Shown one piece after another: positions 35,654 through 45,766 of a stretch of 64,000 nucleotides of DNA. The notes under the pieces are model-generated. The model made no database searches. It worked only from the letters and a program-made list of their open reading frames with translations, and was not told where the DNA came from. The translations under genes and the position numbers were made by a program. The stretch's first letter is position 1; each line of letters begins with the position of its first letter. This DNA is from a virus. Taxonomy: Duplodnaviria; Caudoviricetes. Location: positions 3-64,002 of the IMG/VR virus record IMGVR_UViG_3300045591_000321; one strand, 5' to 3'.

Positions 35654-35851
35654 TTATCTGAAAAACGCTATAACTGAAAACTGTTGCGGCCTTCTGTGGT
35701 ATTTTCTGGCCAGTTCACGCGATTTTGCATTGAACGCATCCGCATATGGCTTTATCAACGATTCGGCTTCCTCCCGCGAGATTTCCCCGGCCAAATACCC
35801 GATTTTCGCGCACTCGGCTTTCTCCCGGAGCATTCTGATTTCATCCGTCAT
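35654..35851 (-). CDS. Hypothetical protein
   Basis: Short basic ORF with RBS. Confidence 0.55.
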   Translation of the reverse strand: MTDEIRMLREKAECAKIGYLAGEISREEAESLIKPYADAFNAKSRELARKYHRRPQQFSVIAFFR

Positions 35852-35923
35852 GCTGCATCATCCTTCCAATTTGCTCAATCTTAATACAGCAGCGGTTATT
35901 CTTCGAGATGGAAAGCTCACGAA

Positions 35924-37279
35924 TTATTCCGAATCATCTTGGACCATATTGGCAACTTCATCGTCGTTTATTTCCTTGAGCTCCGGAAAATAGTCTTTGA
36001 CGTTTTTGGGATTGCCCTTATAGAAGACCATCACGTTCTGATGCGTCCGAACCACCTTCCGCATTACCATGTTCCGGCGTACCCGGCAGGCGCCCGAGCC
36101 GATCTGGTTGATCAAGATGATATCATTGTACAGGCCGAGGCCCTTTTCAGCCATTACCCGTCTTGTCAACCCGGTCAGATCGCGATAAAATCCGTAATCC
36201 TCCCGCACGTCCGAAAGGATTATCACAGCGAAGCGGTTTTCTTTCAGCTTTTCGGCCGCTTTGCCCATGATGGCGGAGTACACTTTAATAAATCCGGCAT
36301 AGTCCATGTTGCTAACGTCGCGGGGATCGTCGCTGTAAACCTCAAGGTCAAAATAAGGCGGGCACGTCAAAATCATGTCCACTGTCCCGTTATCGACATG
36401 CGCGTCCATGTTCAGCGAGTCGTCCGCGACCCATTTGAGCGTATCCCCCACCGGTATTCCGAGATCCTTCGCATTCTGAAGGTTGGAATTGATCTGCTCC
36501 GGTCGCAGGTCTATGCCGACATAGGGCATTTTTGAAATGCTGGCGACGATTCCGCGCACAGAGCCGCCCGCGAACGGGTCCAATACCATGCCACCTTCTA
36601 CATTGAACCACCGATACATGATTTCACACAATACCGGGTCAAAAACGCTGGTGCCATTATCGTTTTTTCCCATCTGGAGCGATTTTGCGAACGTGAGATT
36701 TTCTCCCCGGCCGTCGCCGCTTTTCAGACCTAATTCCAGCCACTGTTTTTTCCTGTCCTGCCAGTACCCTTTACGGGCATCCAGCACGGAAAATGGCGGG
36801 ATTAAAAACGTGTCCGCCAGCGTGCCGGCAACATTGTTTTGCAGTTTGCTCATGATTCCGTTGGCGTCCTCAGCCATGCTCGCACTGATCTGGTCGATTT
36901 CGTCCGGGTCAAAGCCGGTCAGTGAGATATCGAAATCAGCATCGTCGCACAACTCGGAAAGGATTTCACTTAATTTGGCTTCATCCCACTCGCCAGAGAT
37001 CTTGTTCAGGGCGATATTCAGCGCCTTTTCATGGCTATCGTCCAGGTCAACGACGCTTACATCCGCTTCCGTCAGGCCCAAGTCCCTCAAGATCTTCAGC
37101 GTTTGATGGCCGCCGACTACGTTACCCGAGCGCTCATTCCATACTATGGTTTGAACGCAGCCGAACGTCTCAATCGAGTTTTTCAGCTTTTCATACTCGG
37201 GATCCCCTGGCCGGAGATCCTTGCGTGGGTTATACGCCGCCGGGTTAAGCTTATCCAGCGGCATTTTCTTCACGACCAT
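35924..37279 (-). CDS. ParB-like N-domain plus amino-DNA methyltransferase
   Basis: LNPAAYNPR, VVGGHQ (ParB-like); VLDPFAGG and LTCPPY methyltransferase motifs. Confidence 0.88.
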   Translation of the reverse strand: MVVKKMPLDKLNPAAYNPRKDLRPGDPEYEKLKNSIETFGCVQTIVWNERSGNVVGGHQTLKILRDLGLTEADVSVVDLDDSHEKALNIALNKISGEWDEAKLSEILSELCDDADFDISLTGFDPDEIDQISASMAEDANGIMSKLQNNVAGTLADTFLIPPFSVLDARKGYWQDRKKQWLELGLKSGDGRGENLTFAKSLQMGKNDNGTSVFDPVLCEIMYRWFNVEGGMVLDPFAGGSVRGIVASISKMPYVGIDLRPEQINSNLQNAKDLGIPVGDTLKWVADDSLNMDAHVDNGTVDMILTCPPYFDLEVYSDDPRDVSNMDYAGFIKVYSAIMGKAAEKLKENRFAVIILSDVREDYGFYRDLTGLTRRVMAEKGLGLYNDIILINQIGSGACRVRRNMVMRKVVRTHQNVMVFYKGNPKNVKDYFPELKEINDDEVANMVQDDSE

Positions 37280-37503
37280 GTGAATACTCCTTGCATTGTA
37301 TTCCTCCGCGCTGGCTGTTTGGCGTAACGCCCGGCACCTCGGTAACGGAGCAGGAAGGAGTAACCTGCCTCGCTTACATTTTCACCTCCACGCATAAAAA
37401 TAGGGCCGCCCGAAAGCGACCCCAAGCATCTGATAAAATTTTACGGTATCAGAATATCACATTATTCATGGCACGTCAACGACACGTTTGCGACATTACC
37501 TCC

Positions 37504-38076
37504 CTATCGCTGGTGATCATTCCGAGTTTCGAGGCCGTCAAGCCCGAAAAAAAGAGCCGATAATTTCTCCGTTGCAAATTTCATGTCGCGCTGGATTGTC
37601 CGGGTATCGCAATTTTCATCTTTTGCAAGTTCTGCAAAGGTTTTTTCGGGATCTTCGATGTACGCACCGCTGATTACTCTCCAGCGCCGCCCGTCTTCCG
37701 GCCGTGGGGACAGTTCACAGATGGTATGATACAGTTCCAGCATCGATGTGACGTGCTCCATGAGGATGTGTGTCCTGGCCACGCTGCGTTTGATGCTCTC
37801 AATCTCGACGTCCTCAGTTTTCCATGCTTCCGCGCACATGCAGTCGAGTATATCAATGGCGTTTTCGTCCTCGGGCGTCTGTGTGTAAACTGCCTCCTCG
37901 ACATAGGCGGCCAACATGCGGTAATTGCGCAGCAGAAGCTTTGTATTGTGAAGCCGGCGATCATAGCGGGTCGCTTTTTCCTTCTGGCGCTCTTTTTCAA
38001 GACGTTCCATGGTGGCCTTGCTGGCTTCTTTCGCGGCTATTTTCACGATTTCCTCGGTAGAAAGATTGTTTTCCAT
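37504..38076 (-). CDS. Late-gene transcriptional activator-like protein (C-terminal HTH)
   Basis: RRLHNTKLLLRNY; C-terminal TFAELAKDENCDTRTIQRD; located just before the late operon. Confidence 0.7.
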   Translation of the reverse strand: MENNLSTEEIVKIAAKEASKATMERLEKERQKEKATRYDRRLHNTKLLLRNYRMLAAYVEEAVYTQTPEDENAIDILDCMCAEAWKTEDVEIESIKRSVARTHILMEHVTSMLELYHTICELSPRPEDGRRWRVISGAYIEDPEKTFAELAKDENCDTRTIQRDMKFATEKLSALFFGLDGLETRNDHQR

Positions 38077-38189
38077 GCTCTTGCCCTCCCTATTGATGTG
38101 TAAAGTAAAATTTGATATACTGAATTATAGGTGTGAGGGAGGACGAGCCTCCTTGGCTCCGTTCTGCTGGCGGGCAGGCGGGGCCATTT

Positions 38190-39005
38190 TTATGCCGTTT
38201 CCGCTGTTTGACGAAGGCCGACGCGCTTAAATTCATAGGCCCATATCCATGGATTCGCGGCCCAGCCGTAAAGTGGCAGGTCTGCTTTCTTGATGGTACT
38301 GTCCCATAATGGGTGAAATTGATCATAGGCCATTAAACCAGTATAATCTAATCCATCGGCCGTCATTTTCGCCGTGGAAACAAGCCCTTCGTCCTTTGCA
38401 CCATCCTCAGTAATGTCTCGCAGCCGTTCGGCCCGGACACCTTTCACGCGCAGGAACAGGCGGGCGGCCTCTTTGGGCATATGAATGGATGGGTGCCAAT
38501 CCGGTTCTGCTTCTGACATTCCTTCATAATACTTCTGGAACTTTTCCTCGGGAAGAACAATGCTTGCATTGGCTCCATCTGCCTTGTATTCAACAAACAT
38601 TTCATTGCTTTCCGGGTCAAAGCCTCCGATTCCCCACGTTTCCCTCACATAGAGGATATCTCCGGGTTGAGACGGGGAGCGAACCCCTATTGCGTGTTGC
38701 GGTGCTATACGATTCTCCCATCGTTGACCAAATTCCCAAAGATCGTCAGAAAAGTTCTGCGCGAAGTCATTTATGGGATCGTGTATTTTATCATCATATC
38801 CTTTACGCTTAACCACCCGCCGTGTGTTCGTTTTCCGATTTTCCAAAATTGCTTGCACCATGGGCGTGTTGAAAAGGATGGGCTTCATCGCCTCGGCGCA
38901 AGCGCTGCACAGATCTTCGGCGAACCAGTAATCATGATCGTTGCAGGCGTGGTTCCAGTCGCAGCCGCAAATGCGGCATTTTTGCTCATAAAAAGATTTA
39001 GCCAT
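38190..39005 (-). CDS. Phage protein, possibly ASCH-like
   Basis: KPILFNTPMVQAILENRKT.TRR, GDILYVRETW, WHPSIHMPKEAAR, ANPWIW. Confidence 0.65.
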   Translation of the reverse strand: MAKSFYEQKCRICGCDWNHACNDHDYWFAEDLCSACAEAMKPILFNTPMVQAILENRKTNTRRVVKRKGYDDKIHDPINDFAQNFSDDLWEFGQRWENRIAPQHAIGVRSPSQPGDILYVRETWGIGGFDPESNEMFVEYKADGANASIVLPEEKFQKYYEGMSEAEPDWHPSIHMPKEAARLFLRVKGVRAERLRDITEDGAKDEGLVSTAKMTADGLDYTGLMAYDQFHPLWDSTIKKADLPLYGWAANPWIWAYEFKRVGLRQTAETA

Positions 39006-39151
39006 GGTTATCTCCACGCTCCTTTGCTTTGTTCAGCTTTTTACGCCGCCACCGCAAGAAACGTAGGTGAAGGTTAATGACGGCGATATTGACTTTGTGT
39101 CTGAATATTTCAAAATCGTACCAGAGAATCAAATTTGCAAGAAGAAATTTG

Positions 39152-39751
39152 TCATGCTCCATTTTCGCCACCCATCGATTTCAGCTCATCGAAAAGCCAG
39201 TAATGCTCATTCTGTGTCAGGCAGTTATACGGAATACTCTCGTCGTTCTCCTCGTCGTATCCGCCAATGGTGCCCCATGTGTCGCCGTTTACGCTGGTCT
39301 GATTCCAGCCGACCGCAATGCACTTTTCATCATCAAGTGCCTGTTGTAAAACGTCAGCCTGTTCATTCAGCGAGGTTTCGCCCTCGAAATTTCGGAAGGC
39401 TTCGATCACCTTCGGAATGTCGGCCCTTTTGACAAGGCATTTGTCGAAGGTGGTGAAAAGCACGATTTTGTCCGTGGTGGAAACTTTTTTGCTGTCGGAG
39501 AGATCCCATATCTCTTTCATGGCCTTTTCATCCATGATGGACGATGTCCGCGTAGGCCTCCAGCCCAAGTGACGCTCAAATTCATCGACAGATAAGACAC
39601 CGGGAGGCGCATAAGACGGCAGATACGGCGGTAAGTACTTCTCTTCAAGAATTCCCCAGACCGCCATGCCGCCGCGCCATGAATTCTTAGTCTCTCCGAG
39701 GAAGTAGGCGCTGCCGTCTTTTGCGAATCCAAAAATTTCTGTAGTGCTCAT
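39152..39751 (-). CDS. Hypothetical protein
   Basis: Coupled ORF in the early operon. Confidence 0.65.
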   Translation of the reverse strand: MSTTEIFGFAKDGSAYFLGETKNSWRGGMAVWGILEEKYLPPYLPSYAPPGVLSVDEFERHLGWRPTRTSSIMDEKAMKEIWDLSDSKKVSTTDKIVLFTTFDKCLVKRADIPKVIEAFRNFEGETSLNEQADVLQQALDDEKCIAVGWNQTSVNGDTWGTIGGYDEENDESIPYNCLTQNEHYWLFDELKSMGGENGA

Positions 39752-39948
39752 TTTTCTTCATCCTCCAATTCGTAAATTTCCGTATATTTTGTTCTCAGCG
39801 CTTGGTATTTCTGCCGGCTTACCTCATGTAATTTAGCGTGGAGAAATTTTTCAAACTCGCTAACCGGAGCCGTAGTGGCCGGGCTTCCGTTCACAAGGTC
39901 AAGCTCCGCGCACTGTTTCTTTTCGTAAAAGTCAAAGTAGCGTTTCAT
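39748..39948 (-). CDS. Hypothetical protein
   Basis: Coupled small ORF. Confidence 0.55.
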   Translation of the reverse strand: MKRYFDFYEKKQCAELDLVNGSPATTAPVSEFEKFLHAKLHEVSRQKYQALRTKYTEIYELEDEEK

Positions 39949-40292
39949 TTGATTTCGCTCTCCTCACGTTCTCCCTGACTGCAGAAGTCATCATCGTCGA
40001 AATCACGGCGGGGGGGATCGTCCAGTATACACTTGTTATTGCAGCACCTGAACCGGCACTCCCCGCATTTTACAGGAGCTGGCACCAATTCGCCGGCATC
40101 AATTTTGTGCCGAATAGCGAACAGCTCCCCCATGTAGTTGCTGACGGCGGTCAAAAACGCTTTATTCACCTGCATGGTTTCCTTTTCCCCCATGCCGAGC
40201 AATCCGGCGTCAAGGTTGAGCATCCTTTCGTTGAGAAGTTCCAAATTGCACGATAACAGCATTCCGTCAAGGCTTTCAGCCATCACCGACAC
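39945..40292 (-). CDS. Hypothetical protein with C-terminal Cys cluster
   Basis: CGECRF..C..FCSQGER. Confidence 0.55.
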   Translation of the reverse strand: MSVMAESLDGMLLSCNLELLNERMLNLDAGLLGMGEKETMQVNKAFLTAVSNYMGELFAIRHKIDAGELVPAPVKCGECRFRCCNNKCILDDPPRRDFDDDDFCSQGEREESEIK

Positions 40293-40483
40293 CTCCCTTT
40301 ATACGTTTTTCTGCACGAAGGACAGATGTTTTCTCCATCTGCATCTGTGCGCCACCCGAGCCGGTGGAAATACCGGCTCGGAGTATCGTTCCAGTGATAT
40401 TCACTATCAGAATCGTAAATAGCCTCCACGTTCTGGCAATGGCCGCAGGCAATGGTGTATTCCCTCTCAGTAAAGCATTTCAT
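40283..40483 (-). CDS. Small zinc-finger protein
   Basis: CGHC...CPSC. Confidence 0.6.
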   Translation of the reverse strand: MKCFTEREYTIACGHCQNVEAIYDSDSEYHWNDTPSRYFHRLGWRTDADGENICPSCRKTYKGRCR

Positions 40484-40869
40484 CCCTGCTCACCCATCTT
40501 GTGACAGCCGACAATCCATTTTGGCGGGATATTGCCCCGGTATATGTACCATTTTTCACCACCGGGCCAACCGGTTACGAGCTGCCGGTCCTCTGCCGGC
40601 ATGTCCCGGATGAAGTCAAGCGCCCGGACAAGCTTTTTATGGTGACTTTGTGGAATGTTGATGGTCAAGCGGAATGCCGTGCGGCTGTAATCAATCATTT
40701 GCTGAGTCGCCCAACTCTGATTTTGCGGATCCGGGTCCGCCGTGAGCCATTGGCACCGAAGAATTGGTTTGAGCTCACGCCCCTCCCAGTGTGGAAACGC
40801 CCCTTCCGTCAGGCCCTCGGCGAGAATATCATCTTTCATGTGAGCTGCGCAAAAATGGTAAAGAATCAT
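40480..40869 (-). CDS. Putative ADP-ribosyltransferase-fold protein
   Basis: LYHF....ILAEGL, QWLT, WYIYRGNIPPKWI pattern. Confidence 0.45.
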   Translation of the reverse strand: MILYHFCAAHMKDDILAEGLTEGAFPHWEGRELKPILRCQWLTADPDPQNQSWATQQMIDYSRTAFRLTINIPQSHHKKLVRALDFIRDMPAEDRQLVTGWPGGEKWYIYRGNIPPKWIVGCHKMGEQG

Positions 40870-41282
40870 TTTTGCGTCTCCTGTTCTTGCGCCTGGCTCA
40901 GTACATTCCGAAGCGCATAGATGATGGTTGCGTCCAACTCACTGATTGTTTCCGGTTTATGCTCTAAGCGGAAATTGTACTTGAGAATTTCTGACCGGAG
41001 CGCCGCAGCTACTTTAATTGGCTCAAGCGGATTATTAATATCATTAAGCCATTGTGTGGGATTCTCGTACCGTTCCAGCGCTTTTTTCAGGGTATCGCGC
41101 TCTCCAAGGAGCTTGTTGGCCAGCCGCATTGCGTCCCCATCGTGCTTTCTGAGCCGTTCCATGTCCGCAAGCGCTGTTTTGATGGCGGCAATCAGCTGAC
41201 TATCCGCACCCGGAATGACAACCTGGTTCCCAATTGCGGAATACGCGCCGTTCATAAGCTCCAGCGCCTTTTCATTCTCCAT
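40866..41282 (-). CDS. Hypothetical protein
   Basis: Coupled ORF. Confidence 0.55.
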   Translation of the reverse strand: MENEKALELMNGAYSAIGNQVVIPGADSQLIAAIKTALADMERLRKHDGDAMRLANKLLGERDTLKKALERYENPTQWLNDINNPLEPIKVAAALRSEILKYNFRLEHKPETISELDATIIYALRNVLSQAQEQETQK

Positions 41283-41535
41283 CGTGCGCCTCCGATCCAT
41301 GGCCCGCACCGTCAATTTTGCAATCAGTAATTTTTCCGAGCGCTGCCATCAGTTTCTCGGCACACGACTTGCAAATCCAAAGTTCGTGATATTTTGCGGA
41401 TAAGTTTTTTCCATCAAAATAGAGCGTTAATGGTATATGCACTTTAAGCACTTTTGTAGTGTCATGGCAACAAGCGCAAAGGCAATTTACTTGCTTACTC
41501 ACTACTCCCTGAAATGTAACATTAAGTTTATCCAT
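41272..41535 (-). CDS. Small Cys-containing hypothetical protein
   Basis: CACC...CKSC. Confidence 0.5.
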   Translation of the reverse strand: MDKLNVTFQGVVSKQVNCLCACCHDTTKVLKVHIPLTLYFDGKNLSAKYHELWICKSCAEKLMAALGKITDCKIDGAGHGSEAHDGE

Positions 41536-41559
41536 CAGATTTCCTCCTTCGGCTCTTGC

Positions 41560-43338
41560 TTACGACGAGAGCCGCCTTTTTTTACTCTCCGAATTTTCGG
41601 ACCGTTGTTTCAGCTTTTCAACAATCCGCGACATATGCTGAGTGGCAACGGCCTGGGCGATGGCCTTGTCCTCTTCGGTTTCGGTGCGGTCCCCCATGAT
41701 TCCATTGAACTGAGAAATCTTGAGGCCGAGGAATTCCTGAATCACTTCATCCGTCCCCTCTTCCGCGACCAGATAATAGCACAGGACGCTGTCTTTTTGC
41801 CCGATCCGGTGCGCCCGGTCCTCCGCTTGGCTGTGCACCGCTGGGCTCCAGTCGAGCTCCCCGAACACGACGCACGTCGCGCGCTGAAGGTTCAGGCCGG
41901 CAGCTGCCCGCAGGCTAACAATGCAGATATTAGTCTTTCCGCCCATGAAGTCCTGAACAGCCATGTCCTTTTCCTTTGCCGTCTCACGGCCAGTGATTTC
42001 CACCGGGTTGTAATCCTTCAAAGCTTCCTGATAGATATCAAACACGGCATGGTGATACGCGAACACCAGTACCGTTTCCCCGGCGTCCAGCAGCATTTTC
42101 AAGAAATCAGTCACAAACGGGGCCTTGGCAATTCCAATAGCCATTCTGCTGTCATTGACAATTTCACGGGTGACGCGGCCTTTTTCAAAATGGTCTTTTA
42201 TGCCGTCAATGGTTTGGGCTTTACAGACTGCATTTTGAATTAGCTCGCCATATGTACCGCTGTCGAAATCCACCGTCTGGACAACCCGCCGCTTGGGCGG
42301 CAACTCCTTCAGCACCTGGTTTTTTGTCCGGCGCAGCATCAGACCCTCACGTTTTAGGTAGCTTCCAAGAGCATCGGGATCTTTCACAACGTCGCTGCCA
42401 TAGCCGTCGCACCACTCGCGGGTGAAACTGTCCCAATCTCCGAGGCAATGATATTCAATGATGTTCATTACCGACCATATCTCTCCACCGCGGTTATAGA
42501 TCGGTGTGCCGCTCAGGCCGATGCAATATGGAGTATGTGACGCCACCAGAGACGCGGCGCTGTATTTTGACGTGTTTGGATGGCGCAAATCTTGAATTTC
42601 ATCAAAGACCACAGCCTTAAAGTCATACTCTGGAAGCGCGTTCTGCCATCCCCGCAGAAGCAGGTAATGCATCAGGTAAATATTTGCGGGCGGCAGCTCA
42701 TACGGCTTCAGACCATGGATAACATGTACGGCTCCTTGTGGATTTTCGTCGGAAAAGGACATTTGCCCGGTACCTGGGAGCCGAATAAAGCGATTGATTT
42801 CGTGCTCCCAATTCTTCACCAAGTGGGGTGGAACAATAATCAACGCCGGATAAGCTTTTTTCGCGGCAAGGAAGGCGAGTGCCTGGGGAGTCTTCCCGAG
42901 TCCCATTTCATCTGCCAAGAGCGCCCGCTCGGCCCCGACAAGGTACGAAAGACCTTCTTGCTGAAAATCCATCAAAGTGCCGATGAAATCCGGAGGCTGC
43001 TCCACCTTATCGGGCCGGTTGTTGAATTCCCTAATTCTCAAGGCATGTTCAACGGCCCCTTTGTAACTTTCTTCCCACGCCACCGAGTCCAGTATTTTGA
43101 GGGGAAACCGAAGCATCAGCCAATTGAGGCTTTCGGCGTTACGCTTCGTATTTGGGAATCGGCACTGACCACGGCCCGCCGAGGTGGACCCGGGAAATAG
43201 TCTCTTCACAAATTCGACCATACCGGCGTCCCCACGTATCAGCCACTCCTGTACCCGACCGCCGCTGCGGCACGGTTCAAGCGACCCGAATGGTTTATCG
43301 CCGGCTTCCGGGGCGCGTTGCAGATATGCCGGGATCAT
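41560..43338 (-). CDS. SNF2/SWI2-family helicase
   Basis: LADEMGLGKT, VFDEIQ, LSGTP, LRRTK, QAEDRAHRIGQ. Confidence 0.93.
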   Translation of the reverse strand: MIPAYLQRAPEAGDKPFGSLEPCRSGGRVQEWLIRGDAGMVEFVKRLFPGSTSAGRGQCRFPNTKRNAESLNWLMLRFPLKILDSVAWEESYKGAVEHALRIREFNNRPDKVEQPPDFIGTLMDFQQEGLSYLVGAERALLADEMGLGKTPQALAFLAAKKAYPALIIVPPHLVKNWEHEINRFIRLPGTGQMSFSDENPQGAVHVIHGLKPYELPPANIYLMHYLLLRGWQNALPEYDFKAVVFDEIQDLRHPNTSKYSAASLVASHTPYCIGLSGTPIYNRGGEIWSVMNIIEYHCLGDWDSFTREWCDGYGSDVVKDPDALGSYLKREGLMLRRTKNQVLKELPPKRRVVQTVDFDSGTYGELIQNAVCKAQTIDGIKDHFEKGRVTREIVNDSRMAIGIAKAPFVTDFLKMLLDAGETVLVFAYHHAVFDIYQEALKDYNPVEITGRETAKEKDMAVQDFMGGKTNICIVSLRAAAGLNLQRATCVVFGELDWSPAVHSQAEDRAHRIGQKDSVLCYYLVAEEGTDEVIQEFLGLKISQFNGIMGDRTETEEDKAIAQAVATQHMSRIVEKLKQRSENSESKKRRLSS

Positions 43339-43712
43339 AGGGCAATCCCCCACTGTTTCAAAAGCCCAATGACTTTACACGGCTTCCCATTGCTGGAATG
43401 ATTGATGGGGTCCTGTAAGCTTGTTTCCACCACGATGATAACGGAATGCACTTCGTCAAATGCCGCATACCGATTGATCTGATCCACCAGCCTCGCCCGG
43501 TTCGGCTTGCCTTTTTTCACCTCAACCGCGATCCCCGTCGCGGTAAGAAAATCAACACGGTTACCACGGCCGAGATAATGCTCCTTGTCGTACTCCACCC
43601 CAGCAGCGTCGAAGACGGTCGCTATTTTCTTCTGAAGGTCGTATTCTTCCGAAATCCGGCCAACCCGGAGAGTATGTAGGGCGGAGACCACTTTTTCAAA
43701 TTCAGCCGCCAT
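43335..43712 (-). CDS. PD-(D/E)xK nuclease-like protein
   Basis: RVDFL...IAVEVK motif, QI.RY. Confidence 0.7.
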   Translation of the reverse strand: MAAEFEKVVSALHTLRVGRISEEYDLQKKIATVFDAAGVEYDKEHYLGRGNRVDFLTATGIAVEVKKGKPNRARLVDQINRYAAFDEVHSVIIVVETSLQDPINHSSNGKPCKVIGLLKQWGIAL

Positions 43713-43716
43713 GATT

Positions 43717-44193
43717 TCACTTCCTCGCTTGTTTTTTGCGGTGCGTCTTCTTTTTCTGATTCGACGACGGGGCGGAGCGCGGCGGCCTCGGTGGTATCAC
43801 TTCCTCGGAAACCACCTCAATTTCCTCAACGTCTTCCTTGTCAAAGCACAGGGAGCAGCCGGGGTCGTATGTCCCCGCCTTCCAGTCTGCTTTGAATTTT
43901 TCGAGATCGTTTTTATATTGCGGGAAGGGATGAACCTGTTCGGAATAATAAATACCCATCATCACCCGCTCGTCGTCCGCCGGGTCCCAACCGTGCATGT
44001 GATAGCTTTCGTGTTTGTCATAATCCCACAGAGCCAGGACCAGGACCAACTCGTCGAACTGTTCATTTGCCCGCTGTATGTTCTCAAAATCCCGGTATAC
44101 CATGCCCTGCCCTATATACTTCGTGCGGATCTGTTCTATGCTCTTGCCGCCCGTTTTCAGGCGGCATTTTACGATTTTAGGCTGATAATTCAT
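43717..44193 (-). CDS. Hypothetical protein
   Basis: Coupled ORF. Confidence 0.6.
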   Translation of the reverse strand: MNYQPKIVKCRLKTGGKSIEQIRTKYIGQGMVYRDFENIQRANEQFDELVLVLALWDYDKHESYHMHGWDPADDERVMMGIYYSEQVHPFPQYKNDLEKFKADWKAGTYDPGCSLCFDKEDVEEIEVVSEEVIPPRPPRSAPSSNQKKKTHRKKQARK

Positions 44194-44654
44194 ACTTTTT
44201 CCTCCAACATCGGCAGCATTGCCGGCATTTTTTGTGTATGATAGGCGTTTTCGATCTGCGGCACCATGAAATCCCCTGCGGTGCGGCCATCAGGAAGAAC
44301 TATGTTCGCAAGAAATTCCTCATCAAAAACTGAAATTCCGCATTCCACAGCTTCAAGCTTGGCCTTGATTACCAGGAGCAGAGCCCGCCACCGCTGGCGG
44401 CAGGCCTGTTCCCACGCATCATACTGGCTCTTTTCGCTCCGGTCTCTCCCTGTCGGGGTCAACCGATATTCATCGCGGGTAGGCAACGGCAGGATAAAAC
44501 GCGCTTGTCGCCCTCGCATCGTAAACCCGACCATTGCTTTCCCGCTCGCCGAAGCGTAAGCAAAATTGTCCGCCCCGTACCGAATCAAAGTTTTCTCAAT
44601 CTCCAGGCGCGACAGCTCACTTGAAACATTCGTGTCCTTTGCATAAGTCGGCAT
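44190..44654 (-). CDS. Phage hypothetical protein
   Basis: YAKDT.VS..SR.EIE.TL.RYGA...QRWRALLLVIKAKLEAVECG. Confidence 0.7.
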   Translation of the reverse strand: MPTYAKDTNVSSELSRLEIEKTLIRYGADNFAYASASGKAMVGFTMRGRQARFILPLPTRDEYRLTPTGRDRSEKSQYDAWEQACRQRWRALLLVIKAKLEAVECGISVFDEEFLANIVLPDGRTAGDFMVPQIENAYHTQKMPAMLPMLEEKV

Positions 44655-45766
44655 CACTTTTCCCCGTCCTTTAGTCGCACCGGCAGCACAACGAAAAGGA
44701 AGCTGTTCCCCGACATTGGCGAGACCAGCATCGGGGAAAGCGGGCCGTTCAGCTTCAGCCGCACCTCGTCGCAATCCGCGTTTTGGAGCGCCTCCACCAA
44801 GTAGCGGTCGTTGAACCCGATCTCCAGCGGATCGCCGGTGTACTTGATATCACACTGATCGTCTGCCGTTCCTGTCACGTTGCGACTGGAGAGGCTGACG
44901 CTGTTGTCCTCAAACTGGCAGCGAACCGGGCTTTTCAGCGCGTCTGTGATAATTAGGGCCACGCGCTGGACGCTCGAAATCAGATCATTAGTGGAAACCA
45001 CCGCGGTCTGCTCGCTGGACTTCGGCAGGGCGGCACGCCAATCGAGGAACTGTCCCTCCAGTAACCGGGAAATAACCGTGTAATCTCCCAGCGCGAACAT
45101 GGCGTGACGGTCGCCAATAGTAATGGAGCAGGGCTTATCGTTATCCGGAATAAGCCGGCTCACTTCCTGAAGCGTCGTGCCGGGTACGACGAAGTGAAGA
45201 TCCTTTTCGTCGCATTTCACCGCTTCCTCACGAATGGCAATTCGGTAACCGTCCACCCCGACCATGTAGATTTTTCCATTGCCGATTTCCACCAGAGCGC
45301 CGGTATGTATGGGCTTCGCTCCACCTTTGGCAACTGCAAACAGCGTCTGCCGGATCATGCTTTTCAGGGCATTATCGGGAATGGTCACGCTGTGATTGCA
45401 GGATGGCTGCGGCAGTTGCGGGAACTCGCCGGGCTTGTAACCGGTCACCTTGTATTTGCTCTTGCCGCTCCGGATTCGGACGACCTCTTTTTCCTCGGTC
45501 TCGATGGTCACGTCCTGATCCGGCATTTTGCTGATAATTTCACTGAACAGCTTAGCGGGGATGCACACTTCTCCGGATTCCAGCACATTTGCTTTGATTT
45601 CTGTGCGGATGGCCATATCGAGGTTGTTTCCGCAAATGGTAATGGAGCTATCCTCCGCCACCATATAAATTCCTTCAAGCGCCGCGATTGAAGCAGCCCT
45701 GGAGACGGCGCGGGAAGCGGCGGCAACCGCCTCCGATAATTTTGATTTTTCGCAGATGATTTTCAT
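44654..45766 (-). CDS. dnaN: DNA polymerase III beta sliding clamp (phage-encoded)
   Basis: MKIICEKSKL, GNNLD, EFPQLP, VGVDGYRIA, RLLEGQFLDW, IGFNDRYL, VVLPVRL. Confidence 0.93.
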   Translation of the reverse strand: MKIICEKSKLSEAVAAASRAVSRAASIAALEGIYMVAEDSSITICGNNLDMAIRTEIKANVLESGEVCIPAKLFSEIISKMPDQDVTIETEEKEVVRIRSGKSKYKVTGYKPGEFPQLPQPSCNHSVTIPDNALKSMIRQTLFAVAKGGAKPIHTGALVEIGNGKIYMVGVDGYRIAIREEAVKCDEKDLHFVVPGTTLQEVSRLIPDNDKPCSITIGDRHAMFALGDYTVISRLLEGQFLDWRAALPKSSEQTAVVSTNDLISSVQRVALIITDALKSPVRCQFEDNSVSLSSRNVTGTADDQCDIKYTGDPLEIGFNDRYLVEALQNADCDEVRLKLNGPLSPMLVSPMSGNSFLFVVLPVRLKDGEK

